Assembly (NCBI RefSeq): GCF_902713615.1
Contig: NC_052159.1
Span: forward strand, 112,397,877-112,461,876
Direction: 5' to 3'
From: Scyliorhinus canicula
Lineage: Eukaryota
DNA: 64,000 nt
Both the position numbers and the translations under genes were made by a program. This document shows, in pieces, positions 26,466 to 39,567 of the stretch (the first letter of the stretch is position 1; each line of letters starts with the position of its first letter). The notes under the pieces are model-generated. The model was not told where the DNA came from. It ran no database searches and saw only the letters and a list, made by a program, of their open reading frames with translations.

Positions 26466-26640
26466 GGGGCTGGTTTAGCACAGTGGGCTAAATCGCTGGC
26501 TTGTAACACAAGAACAATGTCAGCAGTGCGGGTTCAGTTCCCATACCAGCCTCCCTGAACGGGTGCCCAAATGTGGTGACTAGGGGCTTTTCACAGTAAC
26601 TTCATTGAAGCCCACTCGTGACAATAAGTGATTATTATTA
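26466..26640 (+). mobile_element. Short tRNA-derived SINE with L2-type tail
   Basis: GGGGCTGGTTTAGCAC...GTGACAATAAGTG(ATT)n. Confidence 0.85.
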
Positions 26641-26940
26641 GTCCCTTTGGCTGGTGGGATTGGGCAGGGATGCAGTTAAAGGGAATCACTTACTCACTCT
26701 AATCCTGCTTCTTCCCACCTACTCCCATCCTGAATCTGGTTTTATGGGCAAGTGAGTTGGTTGTCAGCAGGAAGGAAGACAACTTTAAATCTGTAGATTT
26801 AGTTCACTGATGTCCAGATGATGTGAGCAGAAATTTCAACTTGAGTTCTGAGTCTAATGGGTAGGGTTGGTCTGCAACCTGACAAGCTGTCAAGAGCTGG
26901 ACTGTCAGCAAGAGCCCAGAAGGGAAAACAGTTTGGACCA

Positions 26941-29620
26941 TGTGGCAATTTCCCTATTAAAGGCAACACAACCCAGTAAAGGTCACATGGCCTATGTGAC
27001 CAATCGGGACTCAAAGTGTGGAATCACCCAATGGTACGAGAGGCTTCTAGGCAGGGACATTTTTGGAGCAAGCTTCAGCCATGTGGTTGCTGTACAATTC
27101 TTATTAATAAATACCTTTTGTGTTCACTAATGAAGTCTGTGAAAGTGCATCTTTAGATCTGGAGATGAGGATAAATTATCCTGACACCACCTCTGGCCTG
27201 ACACCTGTGTGTATTATGTTTTAATCAATGTCTGAGAAAAAAAAAGTACTCACTGGAATGCCTCTTTTGGATAAACAGACCCATTTGACTCCTTCACAGA
27301 GGAATAGGTACAATACGTCAAGCGGCTTGGGTGCTATTTCCAAGCAAATGAAATACATGAGGAGGTGAAACGCAAAGAAATTCTAAGTTTTTGTGGAATT
27401 CAGATCTATAACCTTGTTTGCAGTCGTTCAGCCCCAAGCGCACCCAACTCCAAATCATTTAGTGAAGGCTCAATTGCAACTTCAACCACAAGTCGTACTA
27501 CAGAGATTCAAATTTACTTCGAGGGTGAGAGCCCCAGTTGAATCGATCTCAATTTACATGCTAAACTGCAGAAATTATCAGAATATTCTGATTTTGAAAT
27601 CACCCTAAATGACATGTTGTGGGATAGGTTTATTTGTGGTGTGAACAACGATGCTATTTAACACAATCTTCTTGCAACGGTCGACATAACTTACAAACGA
27701 GCAATAGAGGTAGTGCAAGCCATGGAAAGCACTGAAAAAGGTGCACAAGTGCTACAAAGCACACAAAATGGCACCATTCACCACATAGGGCAGAAACTTA
27801 TAGCCAGTTGTGATGCCAAAAGTGGCGAAGCAGCCGTGAAGTGGGAAACAATTTCAGCCACCGACAAAACGAAACGGTACAGAAAAGCAAATCAGTCAGT
27901 AATAGTTAAATTGGAATTTTATCAATGTTGAGGTAAATAAATGCCTGAATCTGTTGGTTTAAGGAGGCTGAGTGTTTCTATTGTCACAAAAGAGAACATT
28001 TAATAAAGCAGTGTAGAGCTAAGTCAAGATCGGAAATAATCAATCAACCAAGATGTTACAAGAATACGATGTGGAAGAGTTGAGCACCAGAGATTCTCTT
28101 ATTCATTCTCAGTTTAATCAAAAAGACAGGCAGGATAGACCCTATTACTGTAATGCTCGAGGTAAATGGGAGGCCTCTGAAGATGGAAGTGGATACAGGG
28201 ACACCAGTGACTGTGATGGGCAAACATACATTTCAGTATCTAAGAGAGGGAGTCCAAGCTTTGAATTTGATGAGCACTTCTGCCAAGTTGAAGACTTTTC
28301 CGGGAGAAGTAATAAAAATAAAAGGTGCTAGAATGGTACTTGTAACAACAGTCCACCCAGCTCCCAGTGATTATAGTAACAGGTGAAGGACCAAGCCTTC
28401 TTAGCTGCAATTGGCTTCAAGAAATCAAGTTGAATTGAGTCCAGATTTTTCAAGTGTGGGAAGGGATACTGTCCAAACTGACAAGAAAATATGAGAGTGT
28501 TCTGTGACGCATTAGAACATCAAAGGGCTGCAAGCTGAGATTGATGTGAATCCCTGATTTTTTAGGGCAAGACTTGCACCATATGCCTTTTAAGTGAAAG
28601 TGGATATTGAGTTAAACAGGTTGGAAGAATTAGTCAGCATTCAGCCAGGTCCGTTCTCAGAATGGGCAGCACCTATAGTCCACATGTTGAAACTGGACAA
28701 GACTACCTGCATTTGCGGCGATCAGGCTGCCAAGCTGGACAAATATCCAATCCCAAGAATTGAAGACCTGTATGCAAAGTTAACAGGACGTCAATGCTAC
28801 ACAAAGCTGGATATGAGTCGCATGGACCAGCAATTTGTATTAGATGATGCTTCCTGGAGGTATGTGAGAAAAAACACATAAAAAGGCCTATTCCATTACA
28901 CATGCCATTTTTTTGGCGTGTCTTCAGCATGTACACTATTACAAAGGATAATGGAGAGTTTGCTACAGAGGCTACCGTGTTTTGCAGTAAACCTTGAAGA
29001 TGTCCTTATAACTGGATCGGCAGAAGCCGAGCTTCTAGCAAACTTTAATAAGTTGTTAAAAAGAATTCAGGAGGCTGGAGTTTGCCTCAAGAAAGAGAAG
29101 TGCACCTTTCACCTGCTGAGGTGACCTACCTGGGAGATGATCTACACAGTGTAGATGCATAAGGATTACACCCCGTGGTAGAAAATGTCAAGGTGTTAAG
29201 GGAGGTATCTGCCTGCACAAACATAACTGACCACAAATCGTTTTGGGGGATGATAAACTACAACGGACCTTTTTCACCAAACGTATCAACGATATTGTCT
29301 CCCTTCCATACTCTGCTGAAGAAATACCTTTGTTGGTCTTGGAAGGAAGAAGCTTTCAATTGCTGCATTCCTCAAACTTTTATACACTTTGACCATCTAA
29401 AGCACTGATATTGTCCTGCGATGCTTCTCCATATGGTGTTGGTGCGATGTTGTCCCATGAAATGGATAACAGCTCTGAAAGGCCAATATGGTATGTGTCA
29501 AGAACCCTCACAGGGGCCAGGAAAGGCTACTCACAACTTGAGAAAGAAGGACGATCAATAACCTTTGGCACAGGAAACTCCGGCAGTACTTATATGGTAA
29601 ACAGTTTATTATCATTGGTA
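26941..29620 (+). mobile_element. Degenerate Gypsy LTR retrotransposon (5' LTR, gag, PR, RT, RNase H)
   Basis: LTR-like 26941-~27160 and PBS-like TGGAGATGAGG. Protease LKMEVDTGT, RT SEWAAPIV and KYPIPRIEDLYAKL, RNase H SCDASPYGVGA...YSQLEKE. Many stops. Confidence 0.85.
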
Positions 29621-31490
29621 GGCGTGCAGGAGATGGGTCGTGGGTTGGGGTGATCCTACACAGGACCTGAGCATCCAGACATCGATCGCCATTGCTGTGG
29701 CCTGCAAGGCAGCCAAACAGCTGTGCACCCCACAGACCACCCATGGTGGCCTGTAGTTGTGCAGGGTGACACCGGCCGTATAGGTGCCCCACCCCAGCCC
29801 ACCACCTGCATCCCAACGGCCGTGACCCACCAGCAAGGTAGCACGCAGCCCACCCCAGGGCAACACCCACAGTAGCCCCTACAGGAGGGCACCAGATGCG
29901 GGCCACCAGCGTACTGATGGCATGAGTAGCACCAACCTCTGGCAACCCTAGCAGTCAGGAAGGACATTAGGGCCAAGGCTCCATGATTACCATGGGGGCT
30001 AGGGTGCGGAGGGCCGAGTGGCAGGGGGGAAGGGCCAGATGTGGGCGTGGGGATGGGGGAGGAAGGAGTGGAGGGGAAGAGGGTCATGCAGGGTCAAGGG
30101 CTGCAGTGCAGGTGGGACCACCTTGTAGTTCCAGTAGACCGGGCTGGGCATGGGGAATGCGTACCATGCGAACATGTCTGCCTTTCACCCACTGCAGAAG
30201 ATAGTTATCGGAATCCAACTACGAATGGTGGCCTTTATCCTAGCTGCGCAGCCCTAGAGGCTGCACTGAGGCTGGAAACGCAGGAGCTGCTTGAGGGGGA
30301 CTCTACAGGGGCAGAGCCAGGCCCAGAAGAACCGAAGGCAGGTGAGGATGGAGAGCCAGTAACAGGCTGAGGAGGAGGGGGGAAGGAGGCACCGGATCAG
30401 GCCTCAGATGCACTGGCCGCACCTATCGTTGGGGACCTGCCGGACTGGGGATTCCGTCGAGGACTCCGGATGACTAGGGGAGCCGGATGGCATATCTACC
30501 GGATCATGGCACACCTAGCACCGTATGGGGAAAGACACCCGCTCCCAGTGTCCTGAACTTTTATGCCATGGGCTTCTTCCAGGCGCTGACTGGGGACCTG
30601 ACTGGGGTATTCCAAATCTCAGTGCACAGGAGCATCCACGCCATTATGGAGGCGTTGAATGCCTGCTCGAAACAATATATCGAACTCAATGTGGACTGAG
30701 TGCACCAGAATGCCCGGGCGGCGGGGTTCACCGTCATCGCCGGATGCCCAAGGTGATTGGTGGGATGCATGTCGCCCTACAAGCACCGGCCCATGACGAA
30801 ATGGGTTCCACTTGATGAGTGTGCAGCTGGTGCGTGACTATGAGATGCACATCATACATGTCTGCGCCCGATACCCGGGTAGTGTGCACGGCACCTTCAG
30901 CCTGACACACTTGATGGTTCCTGACCTATTCAAAACGCACCCCCGGGTGACGGTTTGGCTCTTGGGCGACAGGAGCTATCCGCTGCAGATGATGCATATC
31001 CGGAGGCCGCAGACCAATGCTGAGACCCATTACGATGGCGTCCATGCAGCGACCAGGGATGTGATCAATTGGTGCTTCAGCCTGCTGAAGATGCAGTCCA
31101 GGTGTCTGGACCTCTCTGGAGAGGCCCTTCAGTAGAGCGCCAGGAGTGTCTCCCATATCGTGGTGGCCTGCTGTTCCCTCCACAACATCGCGCAGCAGAG
31201 GGGCAATGTGCTGGAGGAGGAGGATGAATGGTAGGCCTCGTTGACGAGGAGGACGTGAGGGAGGGTGAGAATGGGCAGGACATTGAGCCTGCGCAGTCAC
31301 AGGAGGCCACACAATGTGTGTGCTGGGGCTGGTGCGCACATGATGTTCAAATCGCCTCCAGGTTTACCAACTAGGGGGCCCGACCAGTGGCACGGACATC
31401 CCATCCCCTCCCCCACAGCACCCCCAGGCCAACCACCGTCTCGCTACACCACCCGCCCATTGCAACCCCCTCCACCATTTCTAAATTGTA
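29621..31490 (+). mobile_element. Degenerate Harbinger transposon, DDE transposase
   Basis: LNFYAMGFFQ, VCARYPGSVH, WLLGDRSYPL, FSLLKMQSRCLDLSGEALQ; the upstream region is homologous to 49400-49900(-). Confidence 0.85.
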
Positions 31491-31499
31491 GGGCTTAAG

Positions 31500-31730
31500 T
31501 TGAAGTTTTTCCTTTTCATTTTAAGAACTGTTTAACTGTGAATTGTGGAGTTATTTCTGTGATGTTAATATGGATCATACTGTGTTAAAAACTATATTTG
31601 ATTTAACCTAGTCAGTGGAATCACTCCTGGGGTGAAATATATTTTCCTCACTGTTTTACAAATTGCAAGTTGTTAGGATTTTTCATGCGGTATATTAACA
31701 TAAATTGGGATTTGGTCCAGAATCCTAACA
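31500..31730 (+). mobile_element. LTR-like fragment
   Basis: Ends in ...CCTAACA; similar to the 3' part of 9758-10192. Confidence 0.35.
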
Positions 31731-33430
31731 GGTTGAATAATCCACAGTTCCACCAACCATTTGAGTTTGGCTTCTATTTTTTGATGTAGTGTATAAGACT
31801 TGCCTTGCACTGAAAAACTTTGGCATTGAGTCTGGATCAACATAAGTTTGAGCCTTTACTCGCTTTATTCGGTCTAACACATTGTGGAACAAGTCCTCGT
31901 ACCTATACAGGGTATCCTGAAAAAACACTTTTTGAAATCTTGACCATCCCATCAGTGTTGGTCAATGCACTGCTAGGATGACCAAAGGCAACTGGGCTCC
32001 TTGCTCCTTTTAAGTCACTGGTGTACTGGTTGTCGCTGGAATTTTCAGGATTCCCACCTCCCCCCATATAGGTCAACAACTTGGCCATCGCACTACACGA
32101 GTTCAGGGACCGAACCCCTTTTCCAATGTAGTAAAATGTCACCTTCCACACAATGTTGACCAATACCCCGGTGACAACCGCCATCCTCAAGGGTCTTCCA
32201 TTCATATGCCGGTTTACCTTGACTTGGGCTGTCTTTCTCACATTGACAGTGGTACACGTCATGCTCCTCTACAGAATTCTTCTCCATTTGATTCAGTGGG
32301 TTCGCAAATTGCTGCTGCTGCTGTTTTTTTTTAAATTTGTGCGTTCTGCCTAGCAATATGCCTGGATATGGCCTGTTTTAGTGCAACAAAAACGGGACAA
32401 TGGCATGCTTCCTGGGGGTATTCTCGCCCACCCCGGTAGCAATCCATTTCTGTCTTGTGCTGATGAACCATTTTCTTCCCAGTTCTCTGAGTTTCATCCT
32501 GTCCCGAGGGCTCTGGTTGGTTCTCTTCTGTGCCTGTCGATTGTTCTGCACGCCTCACGGCAGTACTGCCCCATATTTGGTTTGCTTCCTCGTCTGGCAT
32601 GCTTTGGAACACAGATGCATCTTTTTTGGTGGACTCAGTCACTTAATTGCGCAGCATTTCGCTGAGTGCAGTACCAAAGTCACTGTGCTCGGCCATTTGG
32701 CGGAGCCTGGCTACGAAGGTAGAGATCGACTCTCCAGGATCCCTTACAGCAGAGTTGAATTTGCAACCCTGGAAGACGATCAAGGGCCTTGGTTTAAAAT
32801 GCTCGTTCACCAATGCAATTAACTACTCAAATTTTTTGGTGTCCAAATCCTCCGGGGGTGGAAGATTTGTTATCAGGTTATAGGTGTGAGACTCAGAAAA
32901 CGACAATAGTATCCCTTCCATGTGCCCTCCCCTGCTATTTCATTCGATGTGAAAATGTACTGAGCCCTTCAATGTACTGACTCCAGTTTTTGGCCCCATG
33001 ATCGAAAGGGGTGAACTTCCCGATCATCGGCATATTCACTCACTATCTTGGTGCTAACTTCTATGCTTCCCGATTTTCCATTCGTTTTGGAGGCTTCTTC
33101 CTTCACCCCTAAATCACGAACTTCTGAGGACTAGCGATCGAGCCGATTTTCACTCCATCGCCAATCTAGTGGCTCAAAATAATATACTGGAAGCTTCCAG
33201 TAACAGCAAAGGGGGTTTATTAACAATAGGCAAATATAACTATGTACAGGTACAGAGCAATGATGACTAGCTTTTAACTCTCTGGCTACCGGGTCCATTC
33301 TGCTGGGTCCCTGCTCCTAGGGCCCCGTGCTTTCTCTCCATTGGTCGGGATTCATGCGTTCCCACTCAGTAGGCCCAGAACCAGTCACGTGGACTGCAAG
33401 GGTTTGTCCCTTAAAGGGGCCACGCTACGA
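31731..33430 (-). mobile_element. Degenerate Gypsy 5' part (LTR ~33167-33430, PBS, gag, protease)
   Basis: PBS-like TGGCGATGGAG on -; MNGRPLRMAVVTG protease region; VDPDSMPKFFSARQV RT start; LTR similar to 37592-37839. Confidence 0.75.
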
Positions 33431-33439
33431 CAGAAGCCA

Positions 33440-33790
33440 ATTGAGTACCTGTGTAGCATAGCCACTGTTGTGAGATAGTGAAGCACAGCAGCCAGCATGC
33501 ACATGGCGAACTCTAATAAACAACAATGCGATAATGACCAGTTCATCTATTTTAGTCATGCTGTTTGTGAGATAAATATTGGTCCAGATGTCAGGGACAA
33601 TTCCCTTGCTCTTCTTCAAATTAGTGCCACGGGGTCTTTTACATCCATCCAAGAAGCCAACATGATCCCAGTTTAACATTCCATTCACTCAGGTCTGCAT
33701 AGCAATATCCCCCTTGATCAGTCTCTGCAATGGAACCTGAACCCACAAGTGTAAGACTGAGATGTGTGTGCTATCTCTGAGATATCAGGC
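33440..33790 (-). mobile_element. Deu-domain-type SINE (SacSINE1/AmnSINE-like), degraded
   Basis: CTTGCTCTTCTTCAAATTAGTGCCACGGGGTCTTTTACATCCA resembles the Deu core as I recall it. Confidence 0.55.
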
Positions 33791-33799
33791 TGCATTCTA

Positions 33800-34274
33800 C
33801 GATTCTACAGCGGCATGGGAACGGTGGCATTTTACACCAGAAGAAATGGGGTAAAACAGCCACCTATTCCCCGTTTTTCTTGGGCTAGCATGCCGGCAGC
33901 GAAGAGCACCCTTGGGCCGGACCACCCCCTACAGCGCCCCCAGCCCCTAATAAAGTCCCCCTCTCCCTGCCCGCGGTGGCCCTCCCCCAACTGTGGAATG
34001 AGTCCGCAGCCGCCACACCTAGTTCCCGACATGATGGGACCATGTGCGACCCACGCCGTCGGGAACTCGGCCGGGCAGGGGGGGAGCATCGGAGGCGGGC
34101 CTCAGGCAATGTCCTGAGGCCGTCGATACATGGCGCTGCGTACTCCTAGATTACGCCCCTTTGAGGCGGTGGAGCATCGCGAAAGCAGCGCCGCCCCCGA
34201 TTTGGTAGGGAACTCTGATTGTCCGGCCGATTGCCAAACGCGATTCCGCCGTCGGCGACCAGAGAATCCAGCCC
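33800..34274. mobile_element. Harbinger-type MITE
   Basis: GC-rich; ends in GAGAATCCAGCCC. Confidence 0.7.
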
Positions 34275-34609
34275 AGGATTACCCAGAATGAGATAAAGCA
34301 TTCAAGTTATAGTCTGACCAAAACACTGTCCAGTTTGTTCACAGTTTCTTTATCTCTTACTTTGACAGTCTGAATCCTACCTGTTTTGTTGATTGTCACT
34401 TCTCAAGATTCCATATCAGATCCAGATAAAATCTAAGCTACTTCAAATCAAGAACTTCAAATAATATCGCATAGTGTAACTCAAGAGAAAGTGATAAACA
34501 TCAGGAAATAAGGATGTTATGCTTCAGTTATACAGGGTCTTGGTGAGACAGCATTTTGAATACTGTGCACAGTTTTTGTCTCCTTATTTAGGGAAGATAT
34601 TGGAGGTTA

Positions 34610-34915
34610 GGGCAGCACAGTAGCACAAGTGGATAGCACTGTGGCTTCACAGCGCCAGGGTTCCAGGTTCGATTCCCCGCTGGGTCACTGTCTGTGCGGA
34701 GTCTGCACGTTTTCCTGTGTCTGCGTGGGTTTCCTCTCCCAGTCCAAAGACGTGGAGGTTTGGTAGATTGACCATGATAAATTGCCCTTTGTGAGCAAAA
34801 AGGTTAGGAGGGGTTATTGGGTTACAGGGACAGAGGGAAAGTGAGGGCTTAAGTGGGTCGGTGCAGCCTTCATGGGCTGAATGGCCTCCTTCTGCACTGT
34901 ATGTTCTTGTTTTCT
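34610..34915 (+). mobile_element. HE1/V-SINE-like SINE
   Basis: GGGCAGCAC head, B box, CR1-type tail. Confidence 0.85.
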
Positions 34916-35219
34916 AGATTGATACCTGGCATGAGTGGGTTGTCTCATGAGGAAATGTGGGGCAGACTGGGCTTGTTTCCACTGGAGTTTAGAAGAGTGA
35001 GGGGTGTTTTGATTCAAGTATATAAGATCATGAATGGTGTTGGCAAGATGGACGTTGAAAGGATTTTCCTCTTTTGGATGATTCCAGAACTAGGGGGAAC
35101 TGTTTTAAAATTAAGGGTCGCTCTTATAGGACAAAGATGAGTAGACACTTTTTTCTCTCAGAGGGCTGTGCGACTTTGGAACACTCTGCCTCAGAAGGTG
35201 GTGGATGTGAGGTAATTTA

Positions 35220-35370
35220 AGACGTGTTTGTTAGGTGAATTGGACTTTCTGAATTCTCCCTCTGTGTCCCCGGACAGGCTCTGGAATGTGGCGACTGGAG
35301 GCTTTTCACGGTAACTTCATTGCAGTGTTAATGTAAGCCTACTTGTGACAATAAAGGTTATTATTATTTA
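35220..35370 (+). mobile_element. SINE 3' half with L2-type tail
   Basis: Reverse complement of 19235-19380. Confidence 0.75.
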
Positions 35371-35989
35371 ATATTTTCAAGGCGGAGATATGTAGATTCT
35401 TGTTGAGCAAGGTGGATCAAATGTTATCTGGGGTAGATGGCGAATGTGAAACTCAACACAAACAGATCAGCCATGAATGGTGGAACAGGCTCGAGGGGCC
35501 GAATGGCCTACTTCTGCTCCCATTTCATATGTTAATATACAGGTAGCTCCTGAAATGAGATTTCCGAAGAAGCAGTGCTGTGAAATGTACCACTTGTCTG
35601 CAAAGAATGGATTTTCTGGATAATGTACAGAGCGACAGATGGCCGGGTGATAACAGTTGAGTTTAAGTAATGTGTTGTTTTGTTCAATTTATAACAGTTG
35701 ACATTGAGCAAAGAAGTTTTAAATAGGAAGTATGCCCTACATTCTTAGTTTTCTAATTATGTGAATAGTGCTTTATAAGGAGAAAGAGGGCACAAATGCA
35801 AAGAAACCGATTCCAAGGGTGAGCTTGGCGACTGCTTGTTTGAATCTAATGATCATGAGAGCTTACTCCATTCTCAACATGGAGTTTCCTCCAGACGAAC
35901 ACAGATCGGACAATCGGATAAATAAAAGCCAAATACTGCAGATGAAGAGGCATTAGATTCAACCATTTTCTGCGGGCTTCTACATTGAT

Positions 35990-36155
35990 GGGATCCCATG
36001 CCCGCCGGCAGCTCACCCATGCCCGCGGGTTTCCAGACGGCACGGGGTGGCCCACAATGGGAAATCCCATTGGCTGGCTGTGGGAACGGAGAATCCTGCT
36101 GCCGGCGGTGGTGCGGCACTGGAAAATGGGGCTGACGGGATGGAGAATCGCGCCC
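35990..36155. mobile_element. Short Harbinger-type MITE
   Basis: Ends in GGAGAATCGCGCCC; homologous to 19595-19762. Confidence 0.65.
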
Positions 36156-36240
36156 TAACTGTTCCTTTCCCCACAGCAGCTGCAAGATCTGCTGTGTTTT
36201 TCCAGTGTTTTTGGTTTTTATTTCAGAGCTAGGCTGACAG

Positions 36241-36450
36241 TTTTTTTTTAAATTTAGAGTACCCAATTCATTTTTCCAATTAAGGGGCAATTTAGTGTGG
36301 CCAATCCACCTACCCTACATATCTTTGGGTTGTGGGGCAAAACCCACGCAAACACGAGGAGAATGTGCAAAGCCCACATGGACAGTGACCCAGAGCCGGG
36401 ATCGAACCTGGGACCTCGGCGCCATGAGGCTGCAGGGCTAACCCACGCCA
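36241..36450 (-). mobile_element. V-SINE-like copy with GGGTACTCTAAATTT(A)n tail
   Basis: B box, core domain, short poly-A-ended tail. Confidence 0.8.
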
Positions 36451-37591
36451 GGCTGATAGTTGATGCCCCCCCCAACCGCACACCCCCTGCCGCAACCTCC
36501 CAGGATCCATGTTTTCTGGGACAGAAAGGCAGGAACACCCTGTTTGGGTACATTGATCTCTGCGCTCTGTTCTAACTGCATTCTAATCAAGCAGGACTGT
36601 ATGCTGGGAATGGAGGCTGGAACAATTCATGTGGGTTTGCGTGTGTGTATGATGCATTAACTTGTGCTTCTAAGTGGTGCAATGCTGCAGCATTTTATGA
36701 CCTCTATTCCAGCATGCAAGGAGCTTGCCACGATTGATTCTTGGAGATTTGTGTGCCCTTGTTCCAAGAGTGATGTACTATACTCGTCAATGACCTATTA
36801 AGACACATCAAACCCATGTTATTATTGTTCAGGATATGATCTCATTTTTCACCAAGCTCTCTCATCCCTCTTACTAATGAGCTTGTGATAAAATCTGCAT
36901 TTAAGCATTAATGCTGAAAGAGCAGGTTAATTAACATTAATTTCACATTAATAATGTCTGTCTTGCAAACAAATACTCCATTGGAATTTGTAGCTCAGTT
37001 TACAAGGGGGCCATGAGCTAATGGCTTTTTTGTTAAAATGATGGCAGTGTGAATTTGATCTTTTATGTTGTGGATGAAGGTTTAACTAATTTATTTGAAC
37101 CTTTTGGTGACATTTATGTTGTTCTTTGTGCAAGGCAATTGCTTTCAGTTTGCTTTGCTAATTGTGAAATATTTTGTTTTGGGGCCTTTTTCTGAATTAG
37201 CTTTCTAAGAATGGAAATAATCAAGAATCAGTCATGATTTAAATTATCCTTTCAAGTAAGAATTTGTCTAATTTTCCTCGTGAAATAACATTAGTTATCT
37301 TGTCCACATTGTATCTGGCTATGAGGGGAGTTAGACAGCGATAACCAAGCAAAATTATTGTCAGGAAAACTGCTGGTGAAATATAAGCTCAATAAAGGAA
37401 GTCAATGTTGAACTGACAATAAAAAGGAGGGGCAGCTATTAAAACTGAGCCTCTGTTCTTAAAGGGGTGTTGGCTCCATGAAATACATTTAGATGAATAG
37501 CTTTTATTGTTTAGCAACACACAATTTAGTGTTGAATTATATCATACCAGTTACACTCTGTATGGACATTTCTCCAAATCCTAATTATTTA

Positions 37592-38739
37592 TGTGGTGAC
37601 TCGAGCCAATACTAGGGAGACTTCCAATATATCTAAACAAGGGTTTATTGGTAACAAGTAAAGGTAAACTATACACTAAACAGGTCTTTGCCTGCTCGCT
37701 CCAGTGTCCACTCTGTCCGGGACCCTGCTCCCAGGGCCCTCGTGTCATTGGTCGGGATTCGCGCGCTCCCGTGTGATAGGCCCCGAGCCAGTCACATGTA
37801 CTGTGAGGGCATGCCCCTCAAAGGGACCACATTACCACATTCCTCCCTCTTTTAGTCCCAAAAAACATACTTACAGAACAGGTTATGTACAGTTACTATA
37901 AGAATAGAAGGTTGAAAAAAGCAAGGGAAGCGAGTCCATAACAGGTCATCACAATCTCAATCTGTCAGGGGATATTTTGGGTCTTGTTAACTGCCTTAGT
38001 CCCCCAACTGGCAACTCCAAATCTGAGGTTGCAAAGATGTCATCTATGGAAGATTATCTCTGAGATTTGATCACTACAGCAGAGGCATTCTCTTCTCTCG
38101 CTCCCTCCTGGGTCATCGATGGGGTCCCCTCAGAACTCCTAGATTCCCTCTGTTCTGGTTCTACCACGGGAGCACTGGTGCTGCCTGTTGACTGCAACTG
38201 CTCTGAGGTTGGGGCTGTGGTCGCCCAACGTCTTACGTGGTCAAAGTGCTTCTGCACTGTCCTGCCGTTCCAATCCATCATGCAATGTGACTGTGCCTCA
38301 CTCAGATATAATTCTGCCTGGGAGCCAAAGTGGGCCTGAGGCAAAGTTCCTGACGAGGACCGGGTCACCCACTTGAAATGACCTGTCTTGTTTGTGCGAA
38401 ACATGCTGTTTCCTCTGGGAGGCCTGCCAATCCTCCATCCTCCCCACCAAATTCGGGAAAACTAAGTCCATTCGGGTCTAGATAGGACATGAGTAATTTT
38501 ACCCGTGTGCCACCCTTGTTGGCATGGGAGGGGCCGTTTTATAAGATTAAAGAAATGTGGCCTTCCTAAGGTGTAGTGGTCTGCTTCTTCATGCCTGTTT
38601 TTGAACGTCTGCACAGCTCCCTCCGCTAACCCATTTGAGGTGGGGTAATAGGGGACTGTTCGAGTATGGCGAATACCATTGGTTCTGACAAAGTACAGAA
38701 ACTCTTCCCCAGTGAATGCAGTGCCATTGTCAGACACTA
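37592..38739 (-). mobile_element. Gypsy 3' end: integrase remnant, PPT and 3' LTR (37592-37839)
   Basis: [14 protein letters not shown]...[16 protein letters not shown] integrase core; PPT AAAAGAGGGAGGAA directly before TGTGGTAA on -. Confidence 0.85.
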
Positions 38740-39567
38740 TGGCCGCGATTCTCCGCAACCACGATGGGTGGGAGAATAGCGGGAGGTCTGCTCCCTCACC
38801 TCCTGCTATTCTCCCCCCCCCCCCAAATGGCGTGTCCGGTTTTCCGACACGCCGCTCGGAGAAACGTGGGCCGCCATTTTTCAAGGCGGCCCGCGATTCT
38901 CCGACCCGGATGGGCCGAGCGGCCTGCCGTTCCCGACCTGTTCACGACGGCGGCAACCACACCTGGTCTCTGCCGTCGTGAACATGGCGCGCCAGGTAAG
39001 TGTGGGGCCTGGTGGGGGGGGCGGATCGGGGATCGAGCACCACGACAGTGCTCGGGAGGGGACGGGCCCGCGATCGGTGCTCACCGATCATCGGGCCAGC
39101 GTCTCAAGAGGACGCACTCTTTCCCCTCCGCCGCCCCGCAAGATCAAGCCGCCACGTCTTGCGGGGTGGCTGAGGGGAAAGACGGCAACCGCGCATGTGC
39201 GGGTTTGAGCTGTCCAACCCGCGCATGCGTGGCTGACGTCATTTGGCGCCGCCGCGGTATCATTCTTGGCGCGCCGGGCCTTGAAGCCAGGGACAAGGCC
39301 TGGCCACCGGGTTTCCCGGCATGGCCCGCCTATCCTCCCGGGTAGGGGAGAATAGGGGGCCGGTAGAGGCTTCCAACGCCGTCGTGAACCTCTCCAGGTT
39401 TCACGATCGCGTCGGGCCTTGTGGAGAATTGGTACTCAGCGATTACACCGTTTTTGAGGGGGCGGAGCATTCGTAAAATGGCAGCGTCCATGATTTCGGC
39501 GTCAAAACGGATTCTCCGGCCAATTGCCGAATGCGATTTTGGCGTCAGCAATCGGAGAATCCAGCCC
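38740..39567. mobile_element. Adjacent or nested Harbinger-type MITEs
   Basis: GGCCGCGATTCTCC start, GGAGAATT at ~39423, second end GGAGAATCCAGCCC at 39567. Confidence 0.7.

Larger units (their letters stand above)
34490..35535 (+). mobile_element. CR1 3' fragment with nested SINEs
   Basis: LYRVLVRQHFEYC; LIPGMSGLSHEE...EFRRVRGVLIQVYKIM; CR1 tail at 35465-35530. Confidence 0.8.

Noticed and set aside
30487-31330. Domesticated HARBI1 host gene
   Set aside because: Multiple stops, frameshifts and altered catalytic residues, with a related copy in the same window; this is transposon debris.
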